IMG/VR virus record: IMGVR_UViG_3300016476_000485
Span: 1 to 26,388 of that record
Length of the DNA: 26,388 nucleotides
Direction: 5' to 3' (one strand)
DNA from: a virus
Taxonomy: Duplodnaviria; Caudoviricetes
The position numbers and the translations under genes are program-made. This document shows positions 9,132-17,337 of the stretch, piece by piece. How positions within the stretch are numbered: the stretch's first letter is position 1; each line of letters opens with the position of its first letter. Below the pieces are notes generated by a model. It was not told the DNA's origin and did no database searches. It was given only the letters and a program-made list of their open reading frames with translations.

Positions 9132-9383
9132 ATGTCAGAACATCCAGCCACTCAGTCTAAGCAAGAATGGGAACTAACAGCCCATGATCGCTGCGATGCT
9201 TGTGGAGCACAGGCTTATGTGCGTGCCAAAGGTGTATCTGGGGAACTTCTTTTCTGTGGACATCACTGGGAAAAGGCAATGAATAATGCTGTTGGATATG
9301 ACAACATGATGAAGTTTGCCTATGAGATTCTAGATGAGCGTGAGCGATTAGTTGAAAACAGGCTCAAAGGGAGTGCAAATTAA
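9132..9383 (+). CDS. actinobacterial-type small Zn-binding protein (DRCDxCGAQA family)
   Basis: LTAHDRCDACGAQAYV..GELLFCGHH; TATAAT at 9117-9122 favours ATG 9132 (alternative 9123). Confidence 0.75.
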   Translation: MSEHPATQSKQEWELTAHDRCDACGAQAYVRAKGVSGELLFCGHHWEKAMNNAVGYDNMMKFAYEILDERERLVENRLKGSAN

Positions 9384-9790
9384 TGTACGAGTATTATGTA
9401 AGAGAAGTTAAAAACATTGTAGATGGCGACACAATAGATGTCGTCATTGATTTAGGCTTTAATGTGTTGTTTGAGCAACGTGTTCGTCTGGCTGGTATTG
9501 ACACCCCAGAGTCACGTACTTCAGACAAGGCTGAAAAGGCTCTTGGCTTAGAGGCCAAGGAATACCTAAAGAAGCACATCAAGGCTGCCAAGAATATCGT
9601 AATCCGTACAGAGAAGATGGACTCTTCTGAAAAGTATGGTCGCATTCTTGGGTGGGTATATTTAGATGGCGAGTCTGAATCAATTAACAATAAGATGATT
9701 ACAGATGGATATGCCTGGGGATATCTTGGAGATACCAAGATCAAAGACTTTGAAGCATTAGCAAAACAAAGAGCAAAAAGTGGAAAATGA
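9383..9790 (+). CDS. thermonuclease (SNase-like)
   Basis: VDGDTID..IDLGF, RVRLAGIDTPE, KYGRILG. Confidence 0.92.
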   Translation: MYEYYVREVKNIVDGDTIDVVIDLGFNVLFEQRVRLAGIDTPESRTSDKAEKALGLEAKEYLKKHIKAAKNIVIRTEKMDSSEKYGRILGWVYLDGESESINNKMITDGYAWGYLGDTKIKDFEALAKQRAKSGK

Positions 9791-10112
9791 AGAAGACTCA
9801 ATCATTGAGCAACTTATTCTTAGAGGTGCTCTAGAGCCATCTGGTTTTGATACTGAGAATGGCGAAATGCTTTATAGTTTTACAAATAAACTACAAACAG
9901 ACTTTCCAGAAATACATGCTGGATTCATGACATTTTTTTCTCAAGACACCATGAAACTTTGGGAGCATGGCTTTATTGAGATGGATGTTACTGAAGATAA
10001 CCCTGTTGTCAAGTTAACCGCAAAAGCATTTGATAAATTAAAGGTTAAGCAACTGGATGAATCACAACAGTGGACTCTTAAAGAGATCATTCGTGTGATA
10101 ACAGAACAGTAG
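9780..10112 (+). CDS. hypothetical protein
   Basis: 110 aa in-operon ORF. Confidence 0.7.
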   Translation: MENEEDSIIEQLILRGALEPSGFDTENGEMLYSFTNKLQTDFPEIHAGFMTFFSQDTMKLWEHGFIEMDVTEDNPVVKLTAKAFDKLKVKQLDESQQWTLKEIIRVITEQ

Positions 10113-10136
10113 TATAATAAAAGCAGGGGTTTGTTC

Positions 10137-10568
10137 ATGGATTACTTAGTAGGATTTTGGCTTGCCTTAACATTTATGTCCGTATTGGTTTGGTATATTA
10201 CTAACCATAGGGTAGACACTGTTGAGCGCAATAATAAATTAATCCGCTACAGTCAAAGTCATGTTCATAGCCTTGTATCACCTTTAATCCCGCCAGATCT
10301 TACCAAAAAGAAACAACCTAAAACGCAATCTAGAAAGCATGAAGATAGTACAAATATTCGTGTAATCATTATGGATAGCAAGGCTTATTGGATCAAAGAC
10401 AATGTGTTTTATTCTGCAGACATGGCTCCAGATGGAACTGTAGATAAGGATACAACGCAGAAAGTTGACACCTTTAGCCTCAATAAGGTACAATTAGATA
10501 AAATGGTCTTTATCGTAGATCGATTAACAGAAGGGTTAGATGATGATAGTAGGTATTCAGGCAACTAG
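10137..10568 (+). CDS. hypothetical membrane-anchored protein
   Basis: N-terminal TM segment; TAG-TATAAT (10110-10118) upstream; ATG 10137 or TTG 10131. Confidence 0.7.
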   Translation: MDYLVGFWLALTFMSVLVWYITNHRVDTVERNNKLIRYSQSHVHSLVSPLIPPDLTKKKQPKTQSRKHEDSTNIRVIIMDSKAYWIKDNVFYSADMAPDGTVDKDTTQKVDTFSLNKVQLDKMVFIVDRLTEGLDDDSRYSGN

Positions 10569-10893
10569 TACGTTCACTGATTACAACGTATTCTTGCGTG
10601 CCATGGGTGTTGCCCTAAGTACAATGCCAGCAGATGATAAATACTTCTATATCTATAGTGCTGGCCCCGCCAAACTTAATGCAATGGCTACAGAGTTTGT
10701 CAACATGTCAGAACGTGGCATGAAGACACGTGGAAGAAAAATTAAACTATATAAAGTACCGCCAAGTTGGATGTCCGAGAATATGGAATCATTCAATTAC
10801 TTTGCATACTTTTCTTTGCCAAAGGAATCAGTTTCAAAACTAGTCCATGAGGCAGAAGATAAGAATGTAGACGTTGGCATTTTCCGATACTAA
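10540..10893 (+). CDS. hypothetical protein, possibly SLOG/YspA-like
   Basis: N-terminal IVGIQATSTFTDY resembles the YspA-type IxGSRxFxDY start. Confidence 0.5.
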   Translation: MMIVGIQATSTFTDYNVFLRAMGVALSTMPADDKYFYIYSAGPAKLNAMATEFVNMSERGMKTRGRKIKLYKVPPSWMSENMESFNYFAYFSLPKESVSKLVHEAEDKNVDVGIFRY

Positions 10894-10907
10894 CAAAGAG
10901 AGATATC

Positions 10908-11129
10908 ATGAAGTTGATCAGTTCCCTTGAAACAATGGAAAAAATTGTTGCCAGTAACAAGAACCTATTTTGGGATGGCTGGACAGTAGTAAGCAAGGTA
11001 AGATCCTTAAAAGGAATGTCGTCAGTAGACGGGGCACGCATTAATAATGAATGGCATGTGCTAACACGCTACGAACCATCACGTTCTGGTTGGTCCATAC
11101 CAGACAGATTTGTGGGGGATAATGCATAA
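10908..11129 (+). CDS. hypothetical protein
   Basis: 73 aa; LFWDGWTVV; GAGAG RBS-like. Confidence 0.7.
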   Translation: MKLISSLETMEKIVASNKNLFWDGWTVVSKVRSLKGMSSVDGARINNEWHVLTRYEPSRSGWSIPDRFVGDNA

Positions 11130-11403
11130 AGAAAACTGGAAGGACCGTGGTTCTTGCAGGGGGTATGATACAAATTTATTCTTTGATAAATACGAAGAAC
11201 AATTAACCTTACGCCCAGCAATAGATAAATTATGTGCTGAGTGTCCTGTTGTAAAAACATGCTTTGCTGTTGGAATTTCTACTAAAGAGACAGGTGTATG
11301 GGGGGGAATCTATTTACAAGATGGCTCCATTTCACGTGAGTTTAGTTCCCATAGAAGCAAGTCTGACTGGGCACAAACTTGGCAAGTATTAACGATGGAT
11401 TAG
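11122..11403 (+). CDS. whiB: WhiB-family Fe-S transcription regulator
   Basis: W...GSC...D.NLFF, CAECPV...C, GVWGG; four Cys; ATG 11122 after GGGGGA. Confidence 0.92.
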   Translation: MHKENWKDRGSCRGYDTNLFFDKYEEQLTLRPAIDKLCAECPVVKTCFAVGISTKETGVWGGIYLQDGSISREFSSHRSKSDWAQTWQVLTMD

Positions 11404-11409
11404 TCTGAT

Positions 11410-11649
11410 ATGTATACACAACAAATGAGATTATCCTTTCACTCTTTATCACACTTTGCTCCCAAAGGATTCTCTTTGCAAATAATTGACAATGAGCACT
11501 TCCTTACGCTAAAAGCAAGTGAAGAAGATTTTATGAAGTTGTCTGGCGAAGATAAGATACGTGCAGTAGAGTATATGATAAGAGCAAAAAAGGCATTAGA
11601 AGATAACGGAGCAATAGTACTATTAGTTCGTGAAGGAGGTAAAGAGTGA
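11410..11649 (+). CDS. hypothetical protein
   Basis: 79 aa; its 3' end supplies the AAGGAGG RBS for the next gene. Confidence 0.75.
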   Translation: MYTQQMRLSFHSLSHFAPKGFSLQIIDNEHFLTLKASEEDFMKLSGEDKIRAVEYMIRAKKALEDNGAIVLLVREGGKE

Positions 11650-12242
11650 ACAACTTTTTAGCAATAGTAGATGATAACTTTATTGATCGTCAGGTTGTAG
11701 AACAAATTCAAAATGAGATTGTGGCATTGCCATTTCATTATGCCCCAAGGGTTGGTGCTAATCCAGATGGAATCGTTGGGGTTGCTGGAAATAGTTTTAC
11801 AGACTTTCCAATGTGGGTCAATGGTTCTAATACATTAAATATGCAAGAGCCTATTGCAAACATTGCAATGTATTTGTATGATAACTTTTCTAAAAAGAAT
11901 AACTTACCTTTAGGTACTGCAACACGTGCTAAAACTAATATCACTACCATTAATACCGATACTAGACCTTCCTTTCCACATGTTGACAGTATGAATGAGC
12001 ACTATGTTTTTCTATATTATGTTAATGATAGTGACGGAGACACAATTTTGTACAACCAGCATTGCGATGGCACCACCACCTTTACAGAAAATGATTTAAC
12101 TGAATATATGAGTATTACTCCATCAGCAGGCAAGGCTGTTCTATTCAATGGTAAAATCTTTCATTCATGGAAGACCCCGCAACTTTCTAACATGAGGTGC
12201 GTTATTAATATGAATATTACATTTGATCATGGAGTGCAGTAA
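11646..12242 (+). CDS. 2OG-Fe(II) oxygenase
   Basis: RAKTNI, PHVD, FLYYVNDSDGDTILY, GKAVLFNGKIFHS, RCVINMN. Confidence 0.88.
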   Translation: MNNFLAIVDDNFIDRQVVEQIQNEIVALPFHYAPRVGANPDGIVGVAGNSFTDFPMWVNGSNTLNMQEPIANIAMYLYDNFSKKNNLPLGTATRAKTNITTINTDTRPSFPHVDSMNEHYVFLYYVNDSDGDTILYNQHCDGTTTFTENDLTEYMSITPSAGKAVLFNGKIFHSWKTPQLSNMRCVINMNITFDHGVQ

Positions 12243-12328
12243 TGGATCCACTATTTGGAATTGCATTCTTTTTTGCTGGATGGTTTGTTTGTTGGATGCA
12301 GATGAGGGATTATGACAAAAAAGATTAA
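12242..12328 (+). CDS. small membrane peptide (28 aa)
   Basis: MDPLFGIAFFFAGWFVCWMQMRDYDKKD; TAATG coupling and GGAG RBS; not in track. Confidence 0.55.
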   Translation: MDPLFGIAFFFAGWFVCWMQMRDYDKKD

Positions 12329-12458
12329 ACTATTTATAGTACTATTTCTTGGGCTAGGTATTAGCACATTTATATATGGGGCAGCACAGTTGACTAAATT
12401 GCGTGATTCCGATATACTAGATGTACAGTTTGATGACGATGAAGAGGAATGGTTCTAA
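12312..12458 (+). CDS. small membrane protein with acidic tail (48 aa)
   Basis: MTKKIKLFIVLFLGLGISTFIYGAAQ...DDDEEEWF; GAGG RBS, TAATG coupling to next gene; not in track. Confidence 0.6.
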   Translation: MTKKIKLFIVLFLGLGISTFIYGAAQLTKLRDSDILDVQFDDDEEEWF

Positions 12459-12946
12459 TGCAAACATTTTTGCCCTCAAAAGATTTTGATGTGGCTGCTA
12501 ATATGCTAGACTCTAAGAGACTAAACAAGCAAATCTTAGAAGCATACCAGATACTAAAGGTTCTATCCAATAACGATCCAAAGGCTGCATGGCGCAACCA
12601 TCCTGCTGTTAGGATGTGGAAGGGATTTGAGCATGGCCTATTTACCTATGCCCTGGCTATGGTTGGCGAGGCAAATAAGCGTGGCATCAAGACAGATAAG
12701 AATATGGATAACCTAATCACCCTACGTGTAGATAAACTACCTCAGTGGGGACATGGGCTACCAAAGTGGTATCAGAATTCTACTGAAATGCGTCGTATCG
12801 TAATGACCCATCGTGCTAGACTGTTTGTTAAGGATCACCACTTCTATAATCAATTTGAGATAGCGTACTATGACAGTGACAATAGGCCATGCTGTGAGGG
12901 ATGCAACTACTACTGGCCCACTCACGCAGAAAGGAATGCTGCTTAA
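12458..12946 (+). CDS. MSMEG_6728-like pyrimidine-dimer DNA glycosylase/endonuclease V family
   Basis: MQTFLP, LDxKRLxKQxxEAxQIL, WRNHPAVRMW, HRARL..KD, YYWP. Confidence 0.85.
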   Translation: MQTFLPSKDFDVAANMLDSKRLNKQILEAYQILKVLSNNDPKAAWRNHPAVRMWKGFEHGLFTYALAMVGEANKRGIKTDKNMDNLITLRVDKLPQWGHGLPKWYQNSTEMRRIVMTHRARLFVKDHHFYNQFEIAYYDSDNRPCCEGCNYYWPTHAERNAA

Positions 12947-13443
12947 TGAGTTATCATATATATAATAAAATTCTTGAATCTAAGTACGCAGAAAATATAG
13001 AGTCTGAAATTCTACATGTACCATTTTATCTAAACCATCAGATGAAAAAGAGTTTTGCGGAACTTAGAAACCCTTCTCCTTTTCTAAGAAGTGCTAAACA
13101 TCCTGGAGACTCTGTAGATATTGGCAAAGAAATTTCTGCATACGTGACTAAGCATTTTATGGAAAAAATTATTCTTAAAGATATGTTAGTTCATGATGCC
13201 TATATTATTATTTTAGAAAAGCAACAGTTGAATCAGGAGTTGGGGGACAAACGTTATCCACTAACCATGGCATATTTTGTTAATGAAACCCCCTCATCCT
13301 TATATGCAGATAACAATGTTGTCGCACGAGAGATCAGTTCTTCTGATACCATTCTTTTTAATCCTAATGAGGTTAAGGTTTCGATTGATGTTAGAGGAAC
13401 TCAGGCTGTAATCGTAGCCCACATGGAGGAGATCAATGGATAA
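12946..13443 (+). CDS. hypothetical protein, possible degenerate 2OG-oxygenase paralog
   Basis: TAATG start; IESEILHVPFY, MAYFVNE and DTILFN echo 11646-12242, but no HxD. Confidence 0.55.
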   Translation: MSYHIYNKILESKYAENIESEILHVPFYLNHQMKKSFAELRNPSPFLRSAKHPGDSVDIGKEISAYVTKHFMEKIILKDMLVHDAYIIILEKQQLNQELGDKRYPLTMAYFVNETPSSLYADNNVVAREISSSDTILFNPNEVKVSIDVRGTQAVIVAHMEEING

Positions 13444-13876
13444 GATTGTTATTGTTGCACTTGGCACACTAATTATGGCACTTGTTATAGATAACATTAG
13501 ATTACGATATAAAAACCATGCTTTTAAAATTATGGCAGGGCAAGCGGTAGTAGACCAAACAGCCCTAGCAAATATTATTTCTAAAGAACTTGCAAACCAA
13601 TCTGAAGCAATAGACCAAGCAAAAGAGTCTCACGATGCCATGATAAACTTTCTATCTACGTCTCGTGAGTTAGCATTTGAATACATTGCAAATGCACAAT
13701 CTGTAGTAAAAGAATTTGTGGATAAAGTTGGGCCACATGTTAGATACTATTCTAAATTTGGTGGGGTCATATCCTCACCGCATGATAAGGCAATGACTGA
13801 CATTAGCGAGGCATTTCCAAAACTAGAGTCGCTATTACCTGAAGATCATGCAAATGAAACAACAGGAGAGGTATGA
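13436..13876 (+). CDS. hypothetical membrane-anchored protein
   Basis: N-terminal TM segment; GGAGGAG RBS. Confidence 0.75.
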   Translation: MDKIVIVALGTLIMALVIDNIRLRYKNHAFKIMAGQAVVDQTALANIISKELANQSEAIDQAKESHDAMINFLSTSRELAFEYIANAQSVVKEFVDKVGPHVRYYSKFGGVISSPHDKAMTDISEAFPKLESLLPEDHANETTGEV

Positions 13877-14028
13877 GAGAGATACTACTATCAGCCGTAA
13901 CTGGTTTAGGATGTGGCGTTGTGTTTGCTGCTTTTAAACTACCAGTTCCTGCACCGCCAATGTTTGCTGGCGTTGCTGGTATAATTGGATTGTGGCTGGG
14001 ATACAACTTAATAACCAACTACATCTAA
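13873..14028 (+). CDS. XapX/DUF1427-family small membrane protein (51 aa)
   Basis: MREILLSAVTGLGCGVVFAAFKLPVPAPPMFAGVAGIIGLWLGY; LPxPAPP hallmark; ATGA coupling; not in track. Confidence 0.82.
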   Translation: MREILLSAVTGLGCGVVFAAFKLPVPAPPMFAGVAGIIGLWLGYNLITNYI

Positions 14029-14039
14029 GGAGAAATAAA

Positions 14040-14309
14040 ATGGATACAAAGATGAAGGCAATGTTAGCATCTTATGCAAGATCAGTTCTTGCAGGTGCTG
14101 CAGCACTTTATATGGCTGGCGTTACTGACCCAGCAGACCTTGCTTATGCATTGGTTGCAGCAATTGCACCTGTTGCACTACGAGCATTGAACCCTAATGA
14201 CCCATCATTTGGTCGTGTGCCAAGCGTTGAAGAAGTTGAGGTTGCTGTGAAGTCTGCAAAGGCTCCAGTTAAAAAAGCAGCAGTAAAGCGTACTGCTAAG
14301 TCTAAGTAA
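14040..14309 (+). CDS. holin-like membrane protein with basic tail
   Basis: AAGGAG RBS; SYARSVLAGAAALYMAG..ALVAAIAPVALRALNPND..FG, two TM segments; tail KAPVKKAAVKR. Confidence 0.6.
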   Translation: MDTKMKAMLASYARSVLAGAAALYMAGVTDPADLAYALVAAIAPVALRALNPNDPSFGRVPSVEEVEVAVKSAKAPVKKAAVKRTAKSK

Positions 14310-14325
14310 TAGCAATTACTTTAAA

Positions 14326-14358
14326 GAGAAGGGGGTCTAGTTGACCCTCTTCTTTTTT
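14326..14358 (+). terminator. intrinsic terminator
   Basis: AGAAGGGGGTC-TAGTT-GACCCTCTTCT followed by a T-run. Confidence 0.8.
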
Positions 14359-14370
14359 ATATGATATACT
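14341..14370 (+). promoter_or_regulatory. sigma70/SigA-type promoter of hsp20
   Basis: TTGACC-18 nt-TATACT with extended TG; -35 lies within the terminator hairpin. Confidence 0.65.
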
Positions 14371-14375
14371 TGACG

Positions 14376-14431
14376 TGTACTCGCCTAACGGGGGTACAAA
14401 AATTAACTCGCTGAAAAGGAGAAATAAAATG
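14376..14431 (+). promoter_or_regulatory. ROSE-like RNA thermometer leader
   Basis: Hairpin TGTACTC/GGGTACA, then CUCGCU-GAAA-AGGAG, placing the UCGCU motif against the SD with a bulged G. Confidence 0.55.
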
Positions 14432-14857
14432 AGTTATATTAACGTATCAACAACTGGACTAGGATCTGCCATGATAAATGATCCATTATTTATCGGTTTT
14501 GACAGAATGTTTGACCGATTAACACAATCAGTAGGACAACAGTCTGGATTCCCCCCATACAATGTTCGCAAGATTGATGAGGATACCTATGTAGTTGAAC
14601 TTGCTGTAGCAGGTTACAACAAGGATTCTATTGATATCACAGAGCATGATGGAGTTCTTACTATTAAGGGTGAGCGTCCAGAAGATGCTGAAGAGTATAT
14701 TCATAAGGGAATTGCAGGACGAAAATTTACACGTACCTTTACCTTAGCGGAATATATGTTTATTGACAGTGCTGATCTCAATGATGGAATGCTATATATT
14801 GTAGTAAAGAGAAATGTTCCAGAAGAGAAAAAGCCTAAGACAATTAAAATCAAGTAG
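14429..14857 (+). CDS. hsp20: small heat-shock protein (Hsp20/IbpA-like)
   Basis: IGFDRMFD, FPPYNV, ELAVAG, YIHKGIAGRKFTRTFTL, A.L.DGML, PEEKKP..I.I; AAGGAG RBS fixes ATG 14429. Confidence 0.95.
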   Translation: MSYINVSTTGLGSAMINDPLFIGFDRMFDRLTQSVGQQSGFPPYNVRKIDEDTYVVELAVAGYNKDSIDITEHDGVLTIKGERPEDAEEYIHKGIAGRKFTRTFTLAEYMFIDSADLNDGMLYIVVKRNVPEEKKPKTIKIK

Positions 14858-14866
14858 TATAATATA

Positions 14867-14986
14867 AAAGTCGGGGGAGACAGCGACTTTAAATACCTGG
14901 CATGGCCCACACAGGACCTTGGGATGGATTAGTTACCTATCTTATATAACCGAGCCATCGTGCTTGAATTACCTGTGTGGGTCTCT
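14867..14986 (+). ncRNA. candidate structured non-coding RNA
   Basis: GC-rich intergenic island after TATAAT; stems AAAGTCG/CGACTTT, GGCCCACACAGG/CCTGTGTGGGTC, GATGG/CCATC, GTTA/TAAC. Confidence 0.5.
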
Positions 14987-15014
14987 GTAATTTATGGGTA
15001 TAATATTATTACTC

Positions 15015-15287
15015 ATGACAGATCGAGAACTGCATAGTCAGAAGCAACAGTTTAAGAAAAAGTTGGCTGAAATCAAGAAGGCCAGTGGCTGTGTAGACTG
15101 CGGAGAATCTAATCCAATAGTTTTAGATTTTGATCATATTAGAGATAAGAAATACAACATTTCTCGCATGATTCATGATGGCTTTTCTTGGAAGGCAATA
15201 GTCAAAGAAATGCAAAAGTGTGAGGTTGTTTGCGCCAATTGCCATAGAATTAGAACCCATAATCGCCTTGTAGAGCGAACAGTGTGA
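15015..15287 (+). CDS. HNH endonuclease-like protein
   Basis: CVDCG...LDFDH...KCEVVCANCHRIRT; TATAAT at 14999-15004 favours ATG 15015. Confidence 0.85.
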   Translation: MTDRELHSQKQQFKKKLAEIKKASGCVDCGESNPIVLDFDHIRDKKYNISRMIHDGFSWKAIVKEMQKCEVVCANCHRIRTHNRLVERTV

Positions 15288-15299
15288 TACAATATACTT

Positions 15300-16349
15300 A
15301 TGCCATATCATGTAGGTTCAAAGGGTTCATACGGTTGCTCAGGCTACCCTGCTTTAAAAGACACAGGAGAAGTTATGGGTTGCCATAAGACTCGCACTGC
15401 TGCTGCAGCACAGATCTATGCCATTAATCGTTCTGAGGGCAATATAGACAAGGCGATGCCGAATCTAAAAGAAGGCGACTTTGCTCTTACTGCACATGGT
15501 GGAGATGAAGAATTTCATATTGGCCAAGTCGTGCATGTTATGACAGAAGGAATGCTTGGAATTCCTGGTGGAGAGTATACATTAGAAGCAACACCAGAGA
15601 ACCCAGCGGTACTGATTCAATTATTTGAACAAGAAGAAGATGGATTCTGGGAGGCAACACGCACTTACTCAGCATGCATGATGTCAATGATGATCCCTAT
15701 CGATCCACTTCCACAAGAACCAGAATTAAAAGATATGGAAACAGCAATGGCTGAAGAGATGATGTATCCTAAATCAGATTGCTGCCCAGAAGATATTTCA
15801 AAGCAAGCACCTTGTTGGGATGGATACGTACAGCGTGGCATGAAGCCAGGTGAAGGCGGACGTATGGTTCCGAATTGTGTTCCAGCAGCAAAGGCAGATG
15901 ATCTTTGGGAAGATGATGACACAGTTGTTTATGAAACTGATACAGTATCTAAAGCAGAAGGATACTCTCCTCCAGCAGGAGCACGTGCAGCAGCACGTAA
16001 AGCCATTAAGTTTAAAGAAGATGGCAAGGCAAATGGCGCAGGTACATCAGTAGGATGGACTCGTGCAGGACAATTAGCAAGAGGTGAATCACTTTCACTA
16101 AGCACTGTTAAAAGAATGTATTCTTACTTTTCTCGTCACGAAGTGGATAAAAAAGGAAAGGATTGGGGCAATCAGTCTAATCCATCCAATGGGTACATTA
16201 TGTGGTTAGCATGGGGTGGGGATGCTGGCTATGCTTGGTCACGTCGCATTGTAAATGCTGAAAAAGATAAGGCATTGTTTGCTGATGTGTTTAATTCAAT
16301 TGAAAAGAAAACACAGTCACGCAGAGGTAACTGGGAACTCTTTTCATAA
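15300..16349 (+). CDS. multi-module phage protein, possibly head-associated
   Basis: Modules MPY..GCSGY..GCH.T..A..Q..AI; LKEGDF..GQVVHV..ATPENPA; PCWDGY..GMK..MVPNCVP; GT.VGW.RA.QLA..TVKRM.SYFSRH..WGGDAG. Confidence 0.75.
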   Translation: MPYHVGSKGSYGCSGYPALKDTGEVMGCHKTRTAAAAQIYAINRSEGNIDKAMPNLKEGDFALTAHGGDEEFHIGQVVHVMTEGMLGIPGGEYTLEATPENPAVLIQLFEQEEDGFWEATRTYSACMMSMMIPIDPLPQEPELKDMETAMAEEMMYPKSDCCPEDISKQAPCWDGYVQRGMKPGEGGRMVPNCVPAAKADDLWEDDDTVVYETDTVSKAEGYSPPAGARAAARKAIKFKEDGKANGAGTSVGWTRAGQLARGESLSLSTVKRMYSYFSRHEVDKKGKDWGNQSNPSNGYIMWLAWGGDAGYAWSRRIVNAEKDKALFADVFNSIEKKTQSRRGNWELFS

Positions 16350-16374
16350 TACTGTACTACCAAAGGGCTAAGCA

Positions 16375-17337
16375 ATGATTAAGGTAGCACAAATAGATCC
16401 AAACGGACTTTGCAATTCTAAATGTTGGTTTTGTCCAGTAGCATATTCTCCTAATCCTGCAATTGCCAGAAAGAATATGCCGATCAATGACATAGAATCT
16501 ATCCTAAAACAATTACATGCTGGTATTGGTGATTTTGTAGATCCAGACTATACTTTCTTTTGGCCATCACACTTCAACGAAATCCTTTTATATCCACACT
16601 TTGAAGAAATGGTACAACTGTATCAAAAGTATAACTTTAAATTAATTATCTTTAGCAATGGGGTTAACCTAACTCCAGAGCAAGTTGATACAATTAATAA
16701 ATATACAGATACAATTCAACATATCACTTTAAATATACCGTCAGCATTTCAGGATCAATGGTCTCAATATACTGGTTTCAATAAAAATATTTTTACTAAA
16801 CTAATTAATAATTTAGAATATGTAAATACTAATCTATCTTCAGACATATCCTGGGCCATTCAGGTAAATAACTTTAATGAAGATTCTTTAGTGTCAAATG
16901 GTGGCACTGTAGAGATTATGGAGAATGCACCACAAATTAATCTAGATCGTAATAACGGTGACCTCATGAACACCATAAATAAGTTTAAGGAAATGTTTAG
17001 CAGGGCAAACGTTTATCCAGATAATAATAACGTAGATCGTGCAGGGTATTTAAAGAAGTTATCCATATTTAGCAATGAGCAATACCTCAATAGAGTAAGC
17101 GACAATGGCACCAAGAAGGTCGTAGGATGCTCTGAGAGGCGTGCAGAAGAGTTTCTACATATAAATGCTAATGGAGATGTGTTCTTATGCTGCTGCGATT
17201 ATGACTTTGATACTGTTTTTGGTAACATATACCAAGATTCAATAAGGGATATTTGGAATAGTGTTGAGAGAAAGAACATGATATCAAAATCATTTTCTAA
17301 TTTTTGCACTAATTGTGCTCTCGCTATTTGGGAATAA
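16375..17337 (+). CDS. radical SAM protein with SPASM/twitch domain
   Basis: CNSKCWFC (CxxxCxxC), SNG; C-terminal GC..INANGDV.LCCCD..GN...IWN...CTNC. Confidence 0.92.
   Translation: MIKVAQIDPNGLCNSKCWFCPVAYSPNPAIARKNMPINDIESILKQLHAGIGDFVDPDYTFFWPSHFNEILLYPHFEEMVQLYQKYNFKLIIFSNGVNLTPEQVDTINKYTDTIQHITLNIPSAFQDQWSQYTGFNKNIFTKLINNLEYVNTNLSSDISWAIQVNNFNEDSLVSNGGTVEIMENAPQINLDRNNGDLMNTINKFKEMFSRANVYPDNNNVDRAGYLKKLSIFSNEQYLNRVSDNGTKKVVGCSERRAEEFLHINANGDVFLCCCDYDFDTVFGNIYQDSIRDIWNSVERKNMISKSFSNFCTNCALAIWE

Noticed and set aside
14375-14428. Extended hsp20 start at GTG 14375
   Set aside because: Lies at the predicted transcription start; AAGGAG defines ATG 14429.
14867-15287. IscB/omegaRNA-type RNA-guided nuclease or IS element
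   Set aside because: The protein is about 90 aa, HNH-only, with no RuvC or PLMP motifs, and no transposase or element ends are visible; only the RNA is kept as a candidate.
2053-15922. Antisense and alternate-frame ORFs such as 2053-2430, 3818-4099, 5835-6191, 8079-8477, 8276-8620, 9394-9801, 13803-14018, 15665-15922
   Set aside because: Shadows of well-supported + strand genes, with no recognisable motifs.
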